From contig OZ252100.1 of NCBI GenBank assembly GCA_965248435.1, positions 3,904,001 to 3,968,000 of the forward strand: a stretch of DNA of 64,000 bases. Direction: 5' to 3'. Made by a program: the position numbers and the translations under genes. Source of the DNA: Candidatus Latescibacterota bacterium (GTDB lineage: Bacteria > Latescibacterota > UBA2968 > GCA-2709665). The notes under the pieces are model-generated. The model was not told the origin of the DNA. It searched no databases and saw only the letters and a list, made by a program, of their open reading frames with translations. Below are positions 58,492 through 64,000 of the stretch, in pieces (position 1 is the first letter of the stretch; every line of letters begins with the position of its first letter).

Positions 58492-60846
58492 ATGTCTGGT
58501 ATTCGCTTTTTGAGATGGGGCCTCGCGTTCCTGGCAGCCTCGGCGCTGCTGACCGCAGGCGTCCCCCCCGCTACAGGCAAGAACGTGGACTACGAGGCGG
58601 GCTGGGACATTACACGCTCCCTCGTCTGGTGGTCGGCCAGCAACGCCGGAAACATGGGCGGGCACTACTTAGTGGGTGACTCGCGGACAATGTTCGCGTT
58701 GACCTATCCGGGCACCATATACGGGTACTGGGGCGCGCCGTCAGACCCCACCACCTCCAACTGGGGCAACAAGGGGTGGCGGGGTGGCGAGGCCTGGAAC
58801 GAGCCTCCCGTCCACGGAATCGGCTGGGGCGTGCTGGCCCTGACGAACGTGGGCGGGGAGAAGTGGGTCTCCTGGACGGGCCCGCGCCAGCCCTCGGAAG
58901 ATACCGAGGAGATGATCTACGACATCGAAAACGGCCCGGAGCGTGACTGGGGCTTCGACACCCGCACCGCTCCCTGGACGAACCAGAGCGGCCGGGCCCC
59001 AACCAACCCGCCGGGCTCGCGGACGGCCAACTGGTTCCCCGGGGCGACCCCTCAAAGCGGCGACCCGTTCGGTTCGTCGCCCTACAACATCCACAACTTC
59101 GACTACGGGGTCTACCCCCCGGTCCAGAACACGGCCGAGGAGATCCTGATCTCGCAGTGGCGCTCCCAAAATGACGTGGTGACCACGCGGAAGATGTACG
59201 CCTGGAGCAACCAGGACTTCGACGACTTCGTCATCGTGGAGCTCGAGTTCGAAAACCAGGGTGGTCAGGCGCTCAACGACGCCTACTTCGGAGTGATGGG
59301 CGACTTCGCGGTGAACCAGGCGGGCCTGGCCTACCGCTGGTCCAATGAAGGTCACTATCCCACCTACGCACGGCCCGCCGGGCTGGACGACTGGTTCAAG
59401 TACAGCGAGGCGACCAACTTCGACGGCGATCCGGCTGCCGCAGGGAAGTTCATCTCCTACCAGTTCGACGGAAACGCGGTGCAGAGCGTCGACGATGACA
59501 CCGGTGACCCTTACATCCGGGAGCTCGAGCACCCGAACGGCAAGTTCCCCGGCAGCAGCTTCCGGCCCGACGGCACGCCGCTTGCGCCGGCCTACGTCGG
59601 GGTGGCCCCCCTGGCCTTCCGCAACAGCGGTCCGAGCCACACGTTCAATGCTGCTGACCAGGCTGCGGGCTACGTGGACCCGGGCAGCGACGGGCCGCTC
59701 ATGCACCGATACAATGTATTCGGGGAAAGCAACGTCGACGATCCTACCCGCGGCGCGCTGAGCCCGGCCGAGATGTACGACTTCTTCACCGGCCCGACGA
59801 TGGACCAGCCCGCGGAGTTCGGCATGTCCTGGAGCGACCAGGTCTACGGGCCCTACAACCTGGGCCCGGGCGATAGGGCCAAGCTCGTGCTGGTCTATGT
59901 GTTCGGCACGGGTGCAGATGGGGATACGGGCAACATCGAATCGCAGACGGGATATCCGAAGGACATCACCAGCTGGTCCTGGGACCTCGCCACCGATCCG
60001 AGCACGCTGAAGCCGGAGGTGGCCAAAGGCGAACAGGTGATACTGAAGCATCTTTCGCACGCGCAGTTCGCTTACGACAACGAGTTCCGCATCCCCACCT
60101 CGCCGCCGGACGTCAGTTTCAGCATCGGGGACAACGAGCTCGCGCAGAATCAGCTCACCTTCCCGGGCGACGCCGAACAGTCGACCAACCCCGACTATGG
60201 GGAAGCGGACGTCACGGCCTACCGGGTCTACAGGTCCAGTTTCCAGGACTACGGCCCGTTTGAATTGCTCGGAGAGATCCCGGCCACAGGCCAGAGCGAG
60301 TACGTGTTCGACGATGACACCTCCGTAGCCGGATTCGCCTACACCTACTCCGTGCGCGCGGTGGCGTCGCCGAAGACGACCTGGAGCGAGGGGGGCAGAA
60401 CGATGGCAGACCTGCCCCAGGTCGTTCAGGATCATCTGAGCAAGGGACTGGAGGGCGGGTATGGTGCGATCGAGCAGAAGATGCTGGTCGCCCGCAACCC
60501 CTCCGCCCCCGGCCTGCCGGTCTTCAACAGGCTGGAGCGGAAGGTGCTGGTGGTGCCCAACCCCTACACCCTCGCCGACGAGACAGGCAACTACCAGGGC
60601 GTCGAGAAGATCCGGTTTGTCGGCATCCCGGAAAAGTGCGTCATCCGCATCTTCTCGGTATCGGGCGACCTGCAGAGCGAGATCCATCACGACAAGCCGG
60701 GGGTCGGTGAGTTGAGCTGGCTCAGCTTTCAGAACCTCGTCGCAACCGACGAAGTCAGGTCGGGGGTCTACTTCTTCGTCGTGGAATCCCTGATGCCGGA
60801 AAGCCTCGGCAAGGTGGAAAAGGGCATCTTCGTGATCCAGAGATAG
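58492..60846 (+). CDS. Secreted protein with an FN3-like domain and a T9SS type A-like C-terminal domain
   Basis: Signal peptide; YRVYRS...YTYSVRA; C-terminal VVPNPY...IRF...IRIFSVSGDL...SGVYFFVV...KGIFVIQR. Confidence 0.72.
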   Translation: MSGIRFLRWGLAFLAASALLTAGVPPATGKNVDYEAGWDITRSLVWWSASNAGNMGGHYLVGDSRTMFALTYPGTIYGYWGAPSDPTTSNWGNKGWRGGEAWNEPPVHGIGWGVLALTNVGGEKWVSWTGPRQPSEDTEEMIYDIENGPERDWGFDTRTAPWTNQSGRAPTNPPGSRTANWFPGATPQSGDPFGSSPYNIHNFDYGVYPPVQNTAEEILISQWRSQNDVVTTRKMYAWSNQDFDDFVIVELEFENQGGQALNDAYFGVMGDFAVNQAGLAYRWSNEGHYPTYARPAGLDDWFKYSEATNFDGDPAAAGKFISYQFDGNAVQSVDDDTGDPYIRELEHPNGKFPGSSFRPDGTPLAPAYVGVAPLAFRNSGPSHTFNAADQAAGYVDPGSDGPLMHRYNVFGESNVDDPTRGALSPAEMYDFFTGPTMDQPAEFGMSWSDQVYGPYNLGPGDRAKLVLVYVFGTGADGDTGNIESQTGYPKDITSWSWDLATDPSTLKPEVAKGEQVILKHLSHAQFAYDNEFRIPTSPPDVSFSIGDNELAQNQLTFPGDAEQSTNPDYGEADVTAYRVYRSSFQDYGPFELLGEIPATGQSEYVFDDDTSVAGFAYTYSVRAVASPKTTWSEGGRTMADLPQVVQDHLSKGLEGGYGAIEQKMLVARNPSAPGLPVFNRLERKVLVVPNPYTLADETGNYQGVEKIRFVGIPEKCVIRIFSVSGDLQSEIHHDKPGVGELSWLSFQNLVATDEVRSGVYFFVVESLMPESLGKVEKGIFVIQR

Positions 60847-60870
60847 CGACTTTCGAAAGGATGATCGGAT

Positions 60871-61860
60871 ATGAAACGGTTACCCAGCACTGGTGCGATC
60901 CTCGCGTTCTCTGCGCTCCTTGCGGCGGCGCCTGCGCAGGCGCAGGAGCTCTTCCCGGACGCACCCATAGGCCCCGCGGATCTTGCACAAACAGAAAAGC
61001 TCTGGTCCTCTGCCTTCCAGTTCCTGAAGATCTCACCCACTGCCCGGGTGTCAGGGATGGGCGACGCCTACACGGCCGTCGCGGAAGGGATGGACGCGGC
61101 CTTCTGGAACCCGGCCGGGCTCACGACGATCGAAACGGTGGGATATTCCTTCTCTTACGCGGACTGGCTCCTGGGAACGGAGCTATACTCGGGCGCCATC
61201 GCCTTCAACATCGGGTGGGGCTCGGTCGTGGGCATCTCCGTGGTCAGCCTGCAGTTCCCGGACGTCGAGCAGACCACCCCTTTGAACCCGCTGGGCACGG
61301 GAGAGATGCTGGACCTGGGGGACACCGCCGTGGGGCTGGTCTACGCCCGGCAGTTGACCGACAAGCTCTCCGTCGGCGGCGTGGTCCGGTTCGTCGAGTC
61401 CAAACTCCACAACAGGAATATGTCCGGGACCCTCTTCAGCGTGGGGACGATACTGCACACCGGGTTCCGCAGCCTGCGCATCGGGATGGGTATGAAGAAC
61501 CTGGGCGACGACGTGATCATCCTCTCGGATGCGTCGCGGATGCCTATCGTGTTCCACGTCGGCACCTCCCTGGAAGTGATCAGGGAACTGGGTGACCCGA
61601 TGTCGCTGACCGGGTCGTTCGAAGGCACCTACTTCACCGACCGGTTCCAGCGCTGGAGCCTGGGCGGGGAGCTCTGGCTAAGGGACCTGCTCGCATTTCG
61701 CGCCGGCCGGAAGTGGCGTTACGACGCGGAGACCTGGAGCGTCGGCGCGGGCCTGAAGGCCAGGTTGCTGGGCAACACCTTCCAGGTGGACGTCTCCTAC
61801 TCCGACTACGGAAGACTGCTGAAGAACCCGGTCCGGCTGACCTTCTCCGGTGCGTTCTGA
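60871..61860 (+). CDS. PorV/PorQ family outer-membrane beta-barrel protein
   Basis: Signal peptide; FQFLKISPTARVSGMGDAYTA...AAFWNPAGL; alternating beta strands; terminal Phe. Confidence 0.85.
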   Translation: MKRLPSTGAILAFSALLAAAPAQAQELFPDAPIGPADLAQTEKLWSSAFQFLKISPTARVSGMGDAYTAVAEGMDAAFWNPAGLTTIETVGYSFSYADWLLGTELYSGAIAFNIGWGSVVGISVVSLQFPDVEQTTPLNPLGTGEMLDLGDTAVGLVYARQLTDKLSVGGVVRFVESKLHNRNMSGTLFSVGTILHTGFRSLRIGMGMKNLGDDVIILSDASRMPIVFHVGTSLEVIRELGDPMSLTGSFEGTYFTDRFQRWSLGGELWLRDLLAFRAGRKWRYDAETWSVGAGLKARLLGNTFQVDVSYSDYGRLLKNPVRLTFSGAF

Positions 61861-61912
61861 AATGGAATCTTTGCATCAACCGTTCACTGATTGAAGAAGG
61901 AGGATTGAGGAA

Positions 61913-62926
61913 ATGGCTGACGATCGCCGGGAAATGTTGAAAGGTGCGCTCGTTGCCGCGGTCACGCCGGCAACGCCGGAGTTCGACGTGGATTACGATC
62001 GCCTCAGGGATCACTATCGATTCATCGTCGAGGGCGGCATTCGGCACGGGGTCGGGATGGTCCTGGCCGTGGGCGGGGGCGGAGAGGGCTACTTCCTCAA
62101 CGACGAGGAGTGGTCCAAAGCGGTGGAGATCTTCGCCGAGGAAGTCGTGGGCAAGGTGCCGACCCTGGTCGGGGTCTTCGACCTGAACACGAAACACGCG
62201 ATCTCCAAGATCAAGTACGCGGAAGATCTGGGGATCGATTTCGTACAGCTGGCGCCTCCGCACTACCAGCATCCGACAGACCTGGAGGTCCTCACGCACT
62301 ACAGGCTGGTGAACGACGCCGTGAGCAGGATGGGTATCGTGGTCTACCACACCTTCTGGGCACTGCCCGAGTCATACGAAATGACCCCGCCCGTCTTCGC
62401 CCGGCTGGCGGAGCTCGAAAACGTGGTCGGGATAAAGTGGGGGTCCGACAAACTGAAGAACTTCACGAATGTGCTGTTCGAATTCCGCGACAGGTTCGCC
62501 TTCATGGACAACCAGGGTTGGTGCGGCGCGCTCGGCCAACCGCACGGTATGACTTCCTTCCCGTTCTTCATGGGCAACGTGGATCCGCCGATGGCGGTCC
62601 GAGCGGGGAAGTGCTTCGTGGAAGGCGACTACGCGGGGTTCAAGGCGGAAGTCTCAAAGGGCGGAGGTCTCAGAGAGCGGGTGAGGCAGGCGATTATCGA
62701 AGAGGTTCACGGACCGGGAAGCCCGCTGTGGAGGACGACGGGTGAGGGCACCCTGGCCAAGGCCGCGATCGAGATCTTCGGCCGGCCGATGGGTCCGGCA
62801 TTTCCGCCCCAGTATAACCTGTCGGAGGAGGCGAAGGAGCGTATAAAGAGAGAACTGGGTGTCGGCGAGCAGGAAACGCAGCCTGAAATGGCCGGTGCGA
62901 TAGGCGCAGCCGGCGGCGCGACCTGA
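61913..62926 (+). CDS. DHDPS/NAL family aldolase-like protein
   Basis: KGALVAAVTP, VGGGGEG, LAPPHY, VVYH, ENVVGIKW. Confidence 0.85.
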   Translation: MADDRREMLKGALVAAVTPATPEFDVDYDRLRDHYRFIVEGGIRHGVGMVLAVGGGGEGYFLNDEEWSKAVEIFAEEVVGKVPTLVGVFDLNTKHAISKIKYAEDLGIDFVQLAPPHYQHPTDLEVLTHYRLVNDAVSRMGIVVYHTFWALPESYEMTPPVFARLAELENVVGIKWGSDKLKNFTNVLFEFRDRFAFMDNQGWCGALGQPHGMTSFPFFMGNVDPPMAVRAGKCFVEGDYAGFKAEVSKGGGLRERVRQAIIEEVHGPGSPLWRTTGEGTLAKAAIEIFGRPMGPAFPPQYNLSEEAKERIKRELGVGEQETQPEMAGAIGAAGGAT

Positions 62927-63308
62927 GCTTCCTCACGCTTCCAGATGTAACCAGGCTGAAGCGATCGACAGGGCTGTGGCACAACCGACCGGCAGACGGA
63001 TCGAGAAAAAGCCCGTCCGCCCCCAACCACCCTTCTCTGCATCATCACGCAAGGCGCAACTCATTCCGGTGACGGGCCGCCACGAGCGCGTCAACCTGTC
63101 TCACCTCATTTAGCCCGCGCGGGTCCTGCCGCATCCCTGCCTGTAAGTGCTCTCACGCTTCAGCCCAACTCTAACAGTATCGACACAGTCTGCGTCCGTA
63201 TCGACCTCGTAGAGAATCCGGGTGTTGCGGTCGATCCAGAAGCGAAGCCTATTCCTGCGCTCCCGAATTATTGGCGTGTGGCTACATTAATAATGGGGAG
63301 GGTGACGG

Positions 63309-64000
63309 GTGGCCAGCAGCCAGAAACTAGAGCAGAAGGGTCTCTACCCGAAGCCGGATGCCGGCGCCTCGGTGAGCTTCGGGACAGTGGTGACCGTCCT
63401 TGTGGTGATCGCGGCGGGCGTGATCTGGGCCGAATGGACCGCCTTCTACCTCCGGGCGTCGCGGCTGACCCGCAGCCACTTCCCGATGGCCCTCTTCTTC
63501 CCGTTCCTGACGGCGGCCGTCCTGAATATGCTGCTGAACCGGGTCAGGCCAGGATGGGGGCTCTCCCGGACCGAACTCCTGGTGGTGATGGGGGCCGGGT
63601 TGGTGGCCATGGCCGTGCCGTTCGAAGGGATTGTGGGCCACCTGATCGGGATCTCCGCGGGGTTCTTCTACTTTGCCGCGCCGGAAAACGGATGGATACG
63701 CTACCTGAACGACCTCGTCCCCGGCTGGATGGTCACGCAAGACGTGGGGAACGCGACGACGTGGTTCTACGAAGGTCTCCCGCAGGGCCAGATGCCGCCC
63801 GTTGCGGCCTGGCTGACGCCCCTTTTCTGGTGGACCTGTCTGATCGGGGGCATGGCCTTTGCGGTCTTCTGCCTGGTGGTGATGCTCCGGAAGCAGTGGG
63901 TGGAGCACGAGCGGCTGACCTACCCCATGGTCGAAGTGGGTCAGATGCTGTCGGAGACGGAACCGGGCGGGCGGCTGCCGGTGCTTCTCCACGCCCGAAT
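63309..64000 (+). CDS. DUF6785-like polytopic membrane protein, 3' partial
   Basis: Not in the ORF track. GTG after GGAGGG gives VASSQKLEQ...LSRTELLVV...LRKQWVEHERLTYPM, homologous to 5636 and 22163; the frame stays open to the window end. Confidence 0.8.
   Translation, partial: MASSQKLEQKGLYPKPDAGASVSFGTVVTVLVVIAAGVIWAEWTAFYLRASRLTRSHFPMALFFPFLTAAVLNMLLNRVRPGWGLSRTELLVVMGAGLVAMAVPFEGIVGHLIGISAGFFYFAAPENGWIRYLNDLVPGWMVTQDVGNATTWFYEGLPQGQMPPVAAWLTPLFWWTCLIGGMAFAVFCLVVMLRKQWVEHERLTYPMVEVGQMLSETEPGGRLPVLLHAR

Noticed and set aside
62927-63300. Long intergenic regions (also 13330-13620) as riboswitch or ncRNA
   Set aside because: No family motif recognised by eye; an Rfam/Infernal scan would be needed.

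Overview
High-GC bacterial window, almost all genes on the + strand. It is a catabolic region for sulfated, uronic or fucosylated glycans and related compounds. It holds six Cys-type sulfatases, three paralogous GH32/43-like beta-propeller proteins, two paralogous GH28-like beta-helix enzymes each followed by a DUF6785/6784-like membrane protein, a GH29 fucosidase and a BNR/sialidase-like protein. It also holds aldolases, oxidoreductases, aminotransferases, Fhs, and a GntR - TonB receptor - T9SS-like cargo - PorV/PorQ module. The gene content suggests a Latescibacterota/Poribacteria-like lineage (inference). The most unusual signal is intergenic. (1) A four-helix-bundle gene sits between inverted arms of a KpnI-containing heptamer, and many 'empty' or solo copies of these arms lie between other genes. 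(2) A multi-level nest at 31.1-34.2 kb contains an ISL3, ISL3-derived MITEs and an IS30, with 8-bp target duplications inside a palindromic repeat. (3) Several REP-like families are inserted into one another. Three damaged genes are visible: one with an in-frame TAG, one with a probable microhomology deletion, and a phosphotriesterase tail. No rRNA, tRNA or CRISPR array was recognised. All calls come from motif reading by eye; no searches were run.
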